Assembly (NCBI GenBank): GCA_020536535.1
Contig: JAHLWZ010000373.1
Span: forward strand, 1-64,000
DNA: 64,000 bases
Direction: 5' to 3'
Origin: Pelomyxa schiedti
Taxonomy: Eukaryota; Protista; Evosea
Part shown: positions 1-13,019 of the stretch, in pieces
Numbering within the stretch: position 1 is the first letter of the stretch
Layout: every line of letters begins with the position of its first letter
Made by a program: the position numbers and the translations under genes
Notes under the pieces: model-generated
The model's database searches: none
What the model was told of the DNA's origin: nothing
The model's input: only the letters and a program-made list of their open reading frames with translations

Positions 1-78
1 GACAACTTGGTTTGCCTTGGAAATCAGAGCTTGGTGGTTCTTCACCACAGCTTCCATCGAAGTGCACTGAACTCCCAG

Positions 79-652
79 TTTGTGTGCTGTGAGGAGGGAC
101 AAGCGCAAGAGGGCAACACAGGAGGCGCCGGGTGGCTGGGGTGACAACTCCCCGCAGTGCGGCGACAAGTTCCGCGGTGGTGACGGTGCAAGCGTACCCA
201 CGGGAACAGATGGGCGCGGTGGCGCCGGAGGGGGAGGGGGACTGTACGGGGGTGCTGGTGGTCAGATGTTCAGCAGCCTTTGCGGGGGCGACACAGGGGG
301 AGGGGGAGGCAGTGGGTTCGTGGTGGCTGCCGTGAGGGGCAGTGGGGGTGGGGGTGGGGTTGTGGTTGGCGATGGCGATGGCGGGTGTGTTGTGAGCGTG
401 ATCAGCTCACGCACCGTGTGTGGCGAACTTGCCACCACCTCCGAAACAGACACGACGCCACCCGAGACCAACAACGAGCACTACTGCGACGGTGCCGGTG
501 GTTGCGTGGCACCAACAACCAGAGACCACCCCGTTGATGGGAACAACGGGTTGGTTGTTGTCGTGGTCAAGGGGGGCGCTGGGACCGGCGGAACACCAAC
601 AACCAAGGTGTTTCACTACACTGGTCAGAACGAATCCCTCACCATCGAATAG
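79..652 (+). CDS. Terminal exon of a glycine-rich-domain protein (ALK/LTK-type Gly-rich repeats); 5' part lies outside the window or is unresolved
   Basis: ORF 80-652 has GGxGGGGxxGG repeats (GGAGGGGGLYGGAGG, GGDTGGGGGSGF), a GNNGLVVV closing motif and an F-x-YTG motif. In-frame TGA at 68-70 and a CCCAG acceptor at 74-78 suggest the exon starts at 79. Confidence 0.55.
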
Positions 653-738
653 ATTTCCCATACGCAATCAAACTTTGAATTGGCTGAATAAAATCATCAA
701 CGGACCCAGTTCAGCGTATTTTTTGGTAAGTGTTGAAG

Positions 739-1678
739 ATGGGGCAACGAAGGCTGGTTGTTGGCACGGGGATGTCGGCAGTGTCATCGGCGTTTCTAGT
801 CATTTCGTCACTCGCTCTCACCTTCGCGGTCTACTACCTGGAGTTCAAACCGGGCCCCAAGTCCATGCCCTTCATCTCCCTCACGATAGACTACCAGCCG
901 GTACTTTCTTCTTTTTCTTTTTCTTCCACCCACTACGTACCAACTCACCGAAAATAACACACACACGCACACACAGGGCAGCTGCATCGGCAACGTGTGC
1001 CTGTGGCTCGCGTCGTGCTTCATGGGCCTGGTAGTCATATTCGACCAGCGGCAAATGTCGGGGTGGGCCGACGCCCTCTTCGACGCGCAGCAGCAGCACC
1101 CCACGCGCCCCTCCTCGGGCTGCACGTGCCTGCCCTCGAGCTGGTCGCCGCGCAAGGCCCGCATCATGGCGGGCATAGCGTCGGTCATGGGCCTGGCCGG
1201 CGCCGTGGGCCTCAACGGCGTCGCCGGCGTGCAGTATCACAACCTGCCTATCATACACACTATATTCGCTGGCGTGTTCTTCACTTGCTCGCAGCTGCAT
1301 ATGGGGTTCAGGCTACTGGTGGAGTTTGCTTGCGCTTCTTCTTCTTCGTCACGGGCGGCTGGTTCTGGTTCGTCGTCTTCTTCTACTTCAGTGGCATCTA
1401 GGATTCTTGGGGTTTGCTTGATGCTTTTGTCATTCTTGTCAACTGTGGCTCTTATTCTGTTCATGCCTTCTCAGTGGATTACATTGAGTGCTCTTGGGGA
1501 GGTTGGAATGGTGCTGGCTGTTTCTACAAATTTGATGAGAATCACCGGCAGTTTGAGACAGTATATGTGTGGATTCTTTGTGGATGCTGTTTGTAAAAGG
1601 GATTTGCAGGCTCTTGACTTTGCTCAGGATGCAGATGACGACCTTGGCACACCAACAGAACTTGAGCAAATGGAATAA
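739..1678 (+). CDS. Frag1/DRAM/Sfk1 (TMEM150-like) multi-pass membrane protein, 2 exons
   Basis: Exon 1 739-900, phase-0 GT-AG intron 901-976, exon 2 977-1678. TM1 is followed by 'PFISLT', a 'HTIFAGVFF' helix and about 6 hydrophobic segments. Confidence 0.75.
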
Positions 1679-1701
1679 GAAACAAAATATTTTCATTACA
1701 T

Positions 1702-2842
1702 TCACCAATTACGAAAATTCAACTTTGGCCTCCTGTATGTTGGTACTCTTTGTTTGTTCTTTTTCTTTGCCCGCAAATTGGTGGTGAGAAACTGTCCAAC
1801 TTGTCCTTCTGGGTACTTGACAAGCCCCTACATAAATTAGAGAAAAGGATATGGAATATATTATTTCCTTTTTTTTAATTATGAGTAAGTTTGGCATACA
1901 GTTACAAGTGGCGGGGCTGAGAAAAATTCCTTATCTTCGTGCCTTCTAATGATTCCTTGCAGAGTGGGTAGCTGTGGCGCTGTTGTTTCACTCTGAGAAC
2001 TCGTGTGTCCACTCCAGTCAACCAAGAAGCTCGGAGTGGATGTCTTACTGTTATCTGAATCGGATGCTTCATTTTCATCACTGTGTGTTGTTGCTTCTGT
2101 TTCTATGGTTGCTGTTGCTGTTGTTTCTGATGGGTTTGTTGCCCCTGGATTCGCAGTTGCTTTTGTTATTGGCTCTGATGACATCTTTAGAAAAGGCACC
2201 ACTGGCTTCACCGGTGTCAGTTGAGTGTTAAATTTAGCCGAGCACTTTGCACCGAGCCTCCTGAGTGCGTGCATATCTCCGCAAACGCGAGATTTTTCGC
2301 TCAGCGCAGTGCCGAACCGCTGATGCCACGCCGCCGCGGCTTGAATTCGTGCAGCAAGTAGTTCCTTGCGGTACTGTTCCTTCTTCAACCTTTCGGCCTC
2401 TTTCCTGAGTCGTTCTTCTTCGGCATTCTGACCGGTCTCGTTTTCATTCTCCCCCTCTGCCGCCCCGTCGTCTTCCTCTTTCTTCACCTTTGCCTTTCCC
2501 TTCCGCTGTTGCCGCTTTTTGGACGATGACGTCATCGCGCGTTTGGCGTCGGCTTCTGGGGCGGCGCCGGCGTCCGCTTCGGCGCGGCGTAGGATCTGCT
2601 TGCGCAGCTCGGCGCGCTGCTCGCGCTCCGCGGGGCTGAGGCGGCGCCGCTTTGGGGCGTACGCCGCAGATTCATCTGTTGAGAATTGGGACGCGGGCTG
2701 GCGCCGTTGGGGTAGTGCTGCTGACGACGGGGCCTCGTCGTTTGCTAATTGTGGGTTGGTGTTGGGAACACGTTAGGGGCACAAGGAACGCGGTGGGCGG
2801 GGACGTCGCACCAAAGATCGAACTCAGCAGGGTCGTAGACAT
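1702..2842 (-). CDS. Hypothetical charged, low-complexity (K/E/R-rich) protein, 3 predicted exons, possibly nuclear
   Basis: The reading frame extends upstream of ORF 1879-2535 (PKRRR NLS-like motif). ATG at 2842, an intron with CTAAC branch point and TTAG acceptor, and a last exon ending at TGA 1702. Confidence 0.55.
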
Positions 2843-2938
2843 CGCATCCGGCAGATTAATTCCCGACGTGCAACTGGCCCAAGGCGAAAAAAAAATTAAA
2901 ATACAGTTGAAGATCGTAATTAAAAGGGTGCGATAGAG

Positions 2939-4767
2939 ATGCTCACACAGGCGCGGTTTGCTACTGTTGTTGGATCTACGCCAAAGGAGGCCAAGAAGGC
3001 TAATTTGTCCAAGAAAAACCTTCGGTGAGAAAATGGGTCTCGTGTCGTTTTATTATTCAGGCGTTACACGCACGAAACGCTTCTTTTTGTGACTTTTTTC
3101 TCTGTGAAGGGGGATAGACTCGGATGTCACAACGTCAGCACGTTCGCTTGTACGTTTGGATTTGTCTTGGAACGAGATTGATGATGCCGGTGCAGCGGCG
3201 TTGGAGTATTCTGTGAACTTGACTTGGTTGTCACTGGCCCACAACCAACTCACACACTTCAAGTTTGCTGCTAATATGCCACAGCTCATTGGTGTTTATT
3301 CTTCAACAGTTAACTGCAAGAATTTCTTATTGCACACAGTTCTTAATGTGAGCTTCAACAACATTGGGTGCGTTACTATTGATTGGCACATGGATTCTCT
3401 TGCCGCCCTTGTACTAAATAACAATCACATTCGCCTTATTCAAGGGCTTCAACTGTGCCGTGCACTAGACACTCTTGGTTTGTTCAAACAACAAAAATGT
3501 AAGATACTGATTCCACTTATACAGTTTTGTCACATAACGAGCTCACCGAACTTAAACTGCCACCTCTGCGTCTCAAGAAGCTCTCTATTTCCAATAATTA
3601 TGTAAGGTTTAACAATATACTGTTGGAAAGTGCTCATTGTGTGGCCAGTTGAGACAGCTGCCAGACCTGTCCCAACTGCGAGATATTGTGGAAATTAGAG
3701 CGGGCCAGAACAGGATAATGAGAATTCCACCCTGGATCGCCACTCTCGGGCATCTTAGGCTGTTAAACCTTAGTTCAAATCTGCTTCATGATGCCAAGTA
3801 ATGATGCCTTTCTATACCCTTTTAACAATGGGATACAGGGATGTGAAATTACTAAAAGATCTGATTGCGCTCAAATCTGTGGATCTAAGACACAACACTT
3901 CTCTAAAAGATTATATCCCCCTGGTAATTGCAAAGTAGGGAGAACAAAATGCTAAAACAATTACAGATTAAGGAAAATAAGACCGTATGTATAGCGGATG
4001 CAAAGAGAGTTCAACGAAAAAAAGTGCATGGAATCACAAAAAAGTTTTACACCCCGCCTTTATCTGATCCCCAAAATGCCAATCAAACCCTCTCTATTCC
4101 CCCATCCTCACATTACGCCTCCGGTGAAGCTTCTTCTCCTTTGGAGGAAGGTACACCAAGTGTCCCCAAAAAACTGCGAGCCACTTTACAGCAACCAAGC
4201 ACACCCAAATGCGTTTCCATTTTCGATGCACCATCAACATCACCTCCACAAGACAATGCCACATCAACTGCTCCAAAATGTACTTCAATTTTTGATGTAC
4301 CGCCAAAAGCAAACAGCAGTTCAGCACAGAATTCCACCGCAACCCAAAACGTCACACCACAGAATGCAACATCAGTAACAAAATCCATCGCGAAGGAGTC
4401 ACCACCGAAGGGGAAAACCGCTTCAGTTCTGACACTAAGAGCTGAACCAAATAGCACAGCTCCAAAAAGTACACACAAGTCGCCTCCGATCAAGGACAAG
4501 TCTCTACCAAGAGAGGGTACAAGTAAACATCCTGCATCAGAAGAAAGTACAACGACAAGTACCACCGCAAAGAGCAAGCCCAACACCAAGACCGCACCAA
4601 GAAATGAACCAGCACATGACCAAACTACAACACCGGCAACAGCAACAACTCCCGAAGATGCTGAAGCCCGGAAGAGAAAGAGAAAAGCTCAAAAAGCAGC
4701 AAGCAAGGAGAAGGTTTCTTTTCTGGAGCATGGGCAGTCATTTTTCACAGGGGAAACAACATGGTGA
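2939..4767 (+). CDS. SDS22-like leucine-rich-repeat protein with a long S/T/P/K-rich C-terminal tail
   Basis: LRR units LxxLDLSWNEI, LTWLSLAHNQL, VLNVSFNNI, LVLNNNHI, LRLLNLSSNLL and VDLRHN are spread over short introns. The tail is ORF 3928-4767. Confidence 0.8.
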
Positions 4768-4799
4768 TTTTACCCCTTTTGTTGCCAAGAGGGTGTGTC

Positions 4800-6855
4800 A
4801 CTTCGTAAAACAAGAAGAAATTTTTTGGTTTTCTTTTCAAGACAAAGTTTCTTTCTTTCGTACTTGAAGAACAGCAGAAAGCTCAGACATCAATGTGTGT
4901 AGTTCTTCAGCACGTTGTTGTTGTTCTTGCATCATCAGCCTTCTTTGGCGGGCTATTTCGGCCCTCTGCTGACGGCGTTCTCTCTGCTTTTCGGGTGATT
5001 CATTCCCAGAGTCCTCTTCTGTGTCACTAGTGACACTCTCTAGCACCACAGTGCTGGTTGCTGTTGTGGATGTTGCTGTGAAGGTGGAATCGGAATTATG
5101 CGGAGGTGGCGTTTGTGAACCAACTTCAAGGTTCTGGGTTTGGGTGGGAGGTTCGGTGTTTGCTTGTTGATGAGGTGGTTGCTCGGTATTGTTGTGCGTT
5201 GAGGGGCTTTGGGGTGAATTTTCGTTTTCCGACAGCCAAGTTGTGGACATATCTCTCCATTTTTCTGGTTTTGTATTTGGTTCTATTAGTTGCGTTCTGG
5301 AGTGCGGATAGTCTTACCAAGGAAGTATGCAAAGGTTGTGGACACACTGGCAAAGCAGTCATTTATTTCCGAGAGCGTGGGTTTCTGGAGAGGAGCGTTG
5401 TTCGGCACGTCAGTATATTGCTCTGAATATTGAAGAACCATCTCTTTGCACAGAAGCAGACGTGACTCCAGTGAGGGGAGCTTGCACCTCAGTTGGTCGC
5501 AATTTTCACCAAAGGAGTTATTTCTGGGCTTTGATTAGAAGGTTTCACTCAGAGAAAAACAAGCACACAGATTTAATGTCTTGCCTGGAGTAAAGGGTGG
5601 TGTTGGAGGGTTAATTGAAGTAGGTGTTGTCAGGAAGTGAGTTTCCTCCTCCACTACGGAAACTACTTGCCCTATTAGAGTGTTTAATTCTGTGCATGCA
5701 CAATTTGATTCCTTGCTGAGTCTGCAGTTTAAAGAGGTGATATAGCAAGCAGAAATCGATGAAAAATGAGAACAAAGACGACTGCATAGGCGTTGTTTTT
5801 GTTGCAAGATCCAGAGGGAAGATTCCACGGTATTTTGACTATCATCAACTACACTTAAATCACCTATTTAAGCTTAGGGGCCATTTTCAAAAGCAACCTT
5901 TCCAAAACTCACACCTTTGCATATCCTGCATGTTCTGAGGTGAGATAGGAGGGTATCCGAGCCTGGTACCACTGAGAGCTGTTTCCAGGCTTCAGATAAG
6001 ACCTCAATCACACGTAATTGCGTTGACAGTATGGCCTTACGTAGAGTAGCCAATTTGTGTGGGTTAGATCTCAGTTCAATACGGGAGATTGGAGGATAAG
6101 CAGCAGACTTTCCACTGCAGTAGCCCCGATGAAGTAACTCTTCACATAAATAAGTTGTGATCCACAAATTTTATTACAAAATTGTGGTTGGCCATAATAT
6201 TGGACTAGAGTAATATAGAAATAAAAAAAAAAAAGAGAGCAAGAAAACCTGCCTCTTGAACAAGTAGAATTTGTTTCTTCACCACCCTGATCCAAGAGAA
6301 AAGAGTGTCAATCAACTTCTCCAGGTTCTTCTCCCAACGCTCCACATCGCACCCACAATTCATTCCTACGCCAGTATTTTCACGCCAACAACGCCCAGGC
6401 GAGCTAGAGTGGCGATCGCAACAAGAAGTAAACAAAGCAACGTCAGCGGCCGTCACGAATCCTGAGCACAACATCCTGCTGCGAAAATTGTCCACGAGCG
6501 GGAGGTTCCCCGCCTCTCCCACTGTTGATTGATCAGTCTCATGTGTGCAATTGCAGGTTTCAGCCTGGGGTTCAAGTGGCTCATGTGGTTGGGTCTGATG
6601 CTGTGGCGGCAACAAACCCATAATGTGGTCTTGTTGTTGCTGTCGCTCGCGGTGGTGCTTCTGGCACAACTGGCCACGGTGGCTTGCGTGGAGACAATTG
6701 GGGGTCGGCGGCTTTGTGTCGCTCGGAGCGTTGCCGATTATGGGACCCGTCGTTGTGGGTTCCGATGTGCTGGTGCAGGTCGACGTGTTTGGACTTAACC
6801 CAAGACCAACAAGATAATTCCACCACGGTGTGCCCTCCAGTTCCACAATGTCCAT
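4800..6855 (-). CDS. Hypothetical multi-exon protein with a C-terminal coiled coil; 3' end approximate
   Basis: ATG 6855 opens a ~200-codon exon. Further open segments (5535-5828, 5330-5520, 4837-5250) are separated by GT-AG introns. The E/R/Q-rich C-terminus looks helical. No family recognised. Confidence 0.55.
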
Positions 6856-7025
6856 TGTATCGGTTTAAAAAAAAATCCGGGGCACGGAACGAAGGGTGAT
6901 CTGTTTGTTTCAGTATCACTGCCGGAGATGTGGTGAGTACTGTGCGTCAAATATCCAATAACAGAAAGTTCTTCAGAGCTTGCTCCCACAATTTCTGTTG
7001 GGAAGAAAAATTCACTTCGAGGTTT

Positions 7026-10000
7026 CATGGTCGTAAAGTTCAGCCCTCACAGCGGTGAGCAAATTTAGGCTTCCGGGAATTGCTACAAGCCGAATTCCAT
7101 AAAATACGAACCAATTTGAAAAAATCTTTCACCAAAGGGAGATCTGTGGGTGCGTTGGATGAGTAACGTAGTAGACAAGTCGCTGTTACGGGTGTCTGGT
7201 GTTATACAAGTCTTCCATGTGAGTTACCTCCTGTTCTGTCTTATTTTTTCTTGTTGGTAACTCTGCAAAACACGCCAGTACCTTAGCACACTGCCGCCTG
7301 AGTATCCGTCTCTACAAGATGTAATAGCTAAGATCGTGCCGGACGAAGTCATTTCGTTTTTGCACCTTGCGAACGGCATCGTCTCCGACTTTCTTAACGT
7401 TATTACCCGCTATTTATTTGGAAGAAACCGCTCATTTTTTAAACAGGATAGAGCACGCGCCGTTTTTGACTCTTGTGACAGAGACAATGACGGTCTATTG
7501 GATTCTAAAGAGCTTTCTGAAGCCATGAAACTCCTCCGAGTGTATTGCACTCACCACTTTCCCTTTATTCACACATACCAAAGAGATCCGCATGCAGAGG
7601 CACTGCAGTCATTTTTCAATTCTATTGGGTTTGACCCAGACACACTCGAAGTAGGACGTGATTTATTCTACCACATCTTTCCTGCCATTGCCATGTCATC
7701 TGTCATAATTGAATCTAGTTCAGTACTAAACCCTGAAAGTGAGAGTGGGGACAGCGCATCTGCTGCAAGTCCAACTCCGCCTCCTACAACTACCTCTACT
7801 GACATGTCCCTCCCGGCAGCCACAACTCCAGGTCTTCATTCTATCAAGCAAAACGCCAATAAACCACCAAAAAAGACGTGAGTGCACCAGAGTCTGATGA
7901 GAGTGGCTCAGTATCTGACATCGAACAAGAAGTACAGGAGCAAAAAAATTTTAGAAAAGAAGAAATAACTGCTAGTGCTGAATCTGTGGATATTGACTAC
8001 AGCGTTTCTCATGACTCTAGTCTCGTTTTGCAAGACGATCTCCTGTATCAAAGATGCCTCATTCCAGCTAAAATGACACCTACACAGAGACCCTCCAACA
8101 AATCCTAATGAACTGGAAGAGTATTGCAGAAAGATGAAGACTTACGTAGAGGTCAAAATTATATTTAATAAATAAGGTAAAATAAAAAGCTGATTCAAAT
8201 TCATCACTCTACTCTGTTTAGGCGTTAAAATTGCAGCTTTCCAGTTCAGAGGGTAATGAAAAACGGCTTCAAGAAATGCTTAAACGGAGGGAAGGTAACT
8301 TTAACCAACTGGAAGATCACTTAGGCAAAGTCGAAGAGCAGGTTAGAAGAAAAGATGAATTGATTTTAAGTCTCAAGTAATCCAACAACAATCTATGTCG
8401 TTCTCATTTATCCTTTAGGACTAAACGATCCAGAAGGACTTCTCATCATACTACGGGAAACCAATCTGGTGCAGCGCAAAAAACCGAGCAATCTAATCCC
8501 GTATCTAGTCTGATGCTATGTTCTCAAGTTAATTTCAATCTCAGACAGAAGAGCTGCACAAAGAACTGGAAGAACTAAGATTGAGCTATGCTAATCTGGT
8601 GAAAGAGCATACTGATCTTCAAGAAAAGCTCATATCCATTAGAAAGAACGACAGGTATTTACCAACTCTCTATTTTAAAATCTCATTTACCAATAGCACG
8701 TCTCCTCCTTCAGCCAGTTCAGAATTACCTAAAGTACTACACAATTCTGGTGGTCCCACAGAAGTATGCAAATACGTTTTTTGTTCATTTTTGACCCCAA
8801 GGAGGGAGCAAGCAATTGTACTACCGAGTCATCGGAAAAATCTACTTGGACTCCAAGGACGGGACTAAGAAGTTTCAACAATGGTTCTGATATTGAGTCA
8901 GATGACTCTTCAATATCAACTTCGTCTTCCAAGGAAAGTAAAGCGATCCCAATATCGCTCGAACAAGAAATTCAAGAAGAGATCAAGGACGAACAGACAC
9001 ACAAAAAATGTTGCATGGAACTGGATTCTCTAACGAGGCGGTATAACGATCTAGAAGAAGTTCACAAGAAACTACAAGAAACCTCGGAAGAACTCGTCCG
9101 CGATGCAAAAACCAAGTCACAAAATCTGCAAAATCAACTTGAACAACAACAGGCCGTTCATGTGGATAGAATGTCTCAGCTTCAACTTGAGCTTGAAACG
9201 GAACAAACAAGAAATAAAGAGCTACAAGCTAGATCAAGTAAGGCCATTGCTGAAGCTAAAGCGAAAGAACTCCAATTGGAAACACAATCTAGGCAGGCCC
9301 TGGGCAGGGTATCCACTCTTGAGCAAGAAGTAACGCGCTTGCGCAGTACCTATCAGCAAGCATTAAAGAAACTTGCTGCAAACCAAGAAACTTGCACAAG
9401 GCTTGAAGCTGAAGCTGCTAACCGTTCCAAGGAGATGGAAGAAATGGAAAGAACAATGACAAACATCAGTAAAAAGTTACATGAAGCTAGCAGGACTCGA
9501 CCCGAAAGAGATTTATCCCAGTCCCCCACCCTTATCCCACAACTTCCTTCCAGATTTATTAGTCCACAGTCTTCTCCTCCAAACGCTCCATCACCTATGA
9601 TGAACCCACCGTCACCAAGATCTAACCCAACGTCACCCATCATGATACCACAGACCCCACCCTACAAAATGAAAACTGTGGTACAGAAAGTAATTATGCA
9701 ACAAGATTCCTTAAAACAAGTAAAACAATTGGCCCTTGAGAATTCCTTAAAGCAAGCAACAGAGGCTAAGAATGCAATCGAATTGGAATATAATGCACTA
9801 CGCCAACTACATGAACAAACCGAAGAGAGCCTTGCTTCTGCCCTTAACCTACAACAGCAGCTACAAACCCGCTGTGATGAGCAATGCCTCGAACTGTCAC
9901 AAAATACCAAGAAGTTCGAAGAAGAACGTGCCACTTTGCTTCATGATATTTCTGATACAAAATTTAAGCTAGAGTCCGCACTGATTGAACTCGGACAAAC

Positions 10001-11038
10001 CAAAAATCGATGCGTGGAATTGGCTCAGCAGTCCACAGACCTCCAACATATGTTGCAGCACACAAATGAGGCCCACACCCAACAATATGCGGAGTATCAA
10101 GCCGTAATTCAGAGTCAGTCTAGGAAACGTGAAGAATTAGAAGTTGCTTTAACTGAGGCAACTACCAAGATTAAATATTTAGAGCAAGAACTGAATTCAG
10201 CATGTCAAAACGTGGGATTGCTTTCAGAAAAACTCTCACAGTCGACAAATACATGTAAACAGCTGGAACAAAACCTCTCTGTGTCCAGAGAAGAAACAAG
10301 AAAAATTGAAGCTCTTCTTGCGGAAACCCGAGGCAATGCGCAGGCACTAGAAACCAAAAAAGAAGAAATGAGAGCAAATCTTACCAGTGCTTTGGATCAA
10401 GTGCTGCAACTCAACAAAATGCTGGAGGAGGAGCATAATTTACACCAAAAAACGACTATTCAACTTCACCAGGCCAGAGAGGAGCTAACTAACTTGCAAA
10501 TAAGGGTAGAGGAATCTACCACATCCAGGAAAGATTCCGCTATACCCGACAAAGAAGACTCCCACTCTGATACATCCCCGCGGGACTTGGCGAATTATAC
10601 CTCCCAACTCGAATCGCAGCTTGAAGCAATGCAACGAGAATTGGATGCTGCCAACAGGAAGCTAGAGTCTGCCGTAGATGAAAAGAGTTGCAGTAACCAG
10701 GTAGCTCAGGTAGAATCTGAGCACGTTGTCGTACAAATGGAACCGGCATCACCAACAGCTGACCCTGAAAAACCGCACACGGAGAAGACTCCCCTCCTAC
10801 ATCATTCCGCGGACCCGCCTTTACACACCGCTACATCCACAGTAACAGCTATCAACATTCTCGAATCGGAGCTTCAGCCAATCAAACCCAAGACTTGCTG
10901 GAAAGTACCAGCCACGGCCCTGGTGACTGTAGCCCTATGTGTATGCCAATCCTCCATACCCATTACCTTCTTCTAATATTAGTCACAGTGCTCATGCTGT
11001 TGTGCTGTGGTTTGTCTCTGGTGGGTTTCTCGCAGTAA
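7026..11038 (+). CDS. EF-hand plus long coiled-coil protein with a predicted C-terminal transmembrane anchor (golgin/KASH-like architecture); start uncertain
   Basis: EF-hand loop DRDNDGLLDSKEL near 7480. The 736-aa ORF 8766-10976 is heptad-rich (Q/E/L/K). Splicing after 'VTVAL' to the acceptor at 10982 gives a hydrophobic tail ending TAA 11038. Confidence 0.7.
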
Positions 11039-11186
11039 GGACAAGTAATACTACCTGCACCCCGCACTTGTGCCACGTGTACTTTTTACCAACGGTGTTG
11101 TTTATTAAAAAAAAAAACAAAAAAAAGGACTCTAGTAGTCCTACAAAAAACGGCAACGTACAGTAATTTCATTTTGCACTTGTTAA

Positions 11187-12766
11187 TTAAAAGTTTTTGG
11201 CATGAAACTCTGTGGTTTCATTTTCCACAAACACGAGAGTTTGCCCAATGGTTTTCTTCCACTCCACAAGGCGCGCTATAAGTGTATCGATTTGGGCAGA
11301 ATCCTGTAGGAATTAGTGACTACAGGAACAAAACAAAGTGGGGATATTTACAAGAACTCTTGGCTTGATCCAGGAAATCTCAACTTGCTGGGCTACTTCA
11401 TCTATTGTGCCCTTGACCAAGCCGAGAGAGAGCGCCTTCATGACGAGTGTCTCGACCTATAGAATTGTGGGTTTATTTGGAAACCAAGGGCCGGTTTTGA
11501 TTACAAACCTCATCCACATTACGGGCTGTGGCTGTGGCAATATCCGCAAAAGAGAGGCAGTGGTCTTGTGCCGGACGTTTGAATACCAGTTGCATCAGTG
11601 CGAGAATAGAAATCTTTTGGCGCATAGCTGCAACATTCCTGGCTAATTGCTATTCTTGATTAATATGGAACTGAGGAATCGGGGGAAAATAAAACCTCAT
11701 TTCTCTGGACATCACTGGCGAGCACTGCTTCAAAGGCAGCCATATCACCACTATTGAAGGCAGTAAGCAAGGTATGTATCCAGGAAAGAGAAGATGTCTC
11801 AAGCAAGCGTTTGCTAATAGGATGTGCCATCTAAGTAGATTACTCACAAATCTTAGTTTTATTTTACTTACAAATTCCCCAAAGTTATAAATGTTAGGAT
11901 GAATCAAGGCACATAAGGCCATATCGAGAGCCAGCCCAGTCTGAACTTCCGTTGTGTATTCATGGAGATCAGCAAAATGCAAAAACTGCATCCCCATGGC
12001 GAAAAACTGTTCTTGGTCTCCTTTTATCTTGAGATTACCTGTAAGAATTCTATATCAACTTGGTTGGAGTACTTTGGAAAATTCGGTGCACAGCTTGTAA
12101 AACTCGGCACAAACTACAGGGTCTAAACCTGCTACACCCTCAAGTTCTTCTTGTGCGTGTTCCATGTAGTCTCTAGTGTTTGTAAGGACAGCATTGGGGA
12201 AAAAAGGGGTACGAGAAACAGACCTTGCTTTTAAAATATTTTGTGGTTCTGGTACTCTAAGAAAGAGCAAACCAAGTATAGCGGTAACAAATATGTGTGC
12301 GCCTTTGTCGGCTTTTATCTTGTTAATGAAGTCCGTGAAAAAGGTTATTCCATCAGCAACTAGATAGAGAAAGTCAGCAATTACCCCTGGAAGGGTTTAA
12401 GTACCAGAGTACTGAGTGGCAATGCGCTTAGCCAGCTTTGTGAGAGTGAGGAGGTTTAATTTAGTCTCGAAGTCCCGAATAAAGTTTTGGTACAGCTCAA
12501 TGAGCTCGTTCTGTGCGTGATCGTCCTTTTTCATAAACATTTCCAAGTAGTCAGTGAGTTGGTGCCAGTTCCTATTGCACAAAACCCGTCATTTGTTGTA
12601 GTTTTATCTTGCATTGTTTTTATTTTATATAAAGTACAAAATACACGTGATTCAAAAAAAAAAAATACCTTCTCTCGTAGAGTGAGGCCATTGTGGAGTA
12701 ATCACCGGCATGACGTGTGCACGTGTTCATTTGGTGCTCCAGAAACGTACGCACTTTTGCGCTCAT
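11187..12766 (-). CDS. PSMD13: 26S proteasome non-ATPase regulatory subunit 13 (Rpn9), multi-exon
   Basis: Motifs [49 protein letters not shown] and the C-terminal RLVEWKK. ATG 12766, TAA 11187. Confidence 0.93.
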
Positions 12767-13019
12767 TTTCGATCTAACTTAGTCTAAAGGGGTGTCGCTG
12801 GCTGTGGCTTGTTGTTCAATTTTTGTTTCCCTTTTCGATTAGTTTCGGTCCCAGCTCCTCAGGATGAACCCACAGATTGCTTTTCCTTCATGACTCTTGG
12901 TGCATAGTGCATTATAGAGGTGGGTGCTATTGATGACCTCAGTCAGACCCTTCAGCTAGGCGAAGAACCAGCGAAAATTAGGAGATTCGTTCATTCGTTG
13001 AATCTTTTAAACCCAGACA

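Noticed and set aside
12800-13010. C/D snoRNA or snRNA in the RPN9-PLB intergenic region
   Set aside because: A TGATGA is present, but no properly placed CTGA box D, terminal stem or U1/U2/U4/U5/U6 signature was found.
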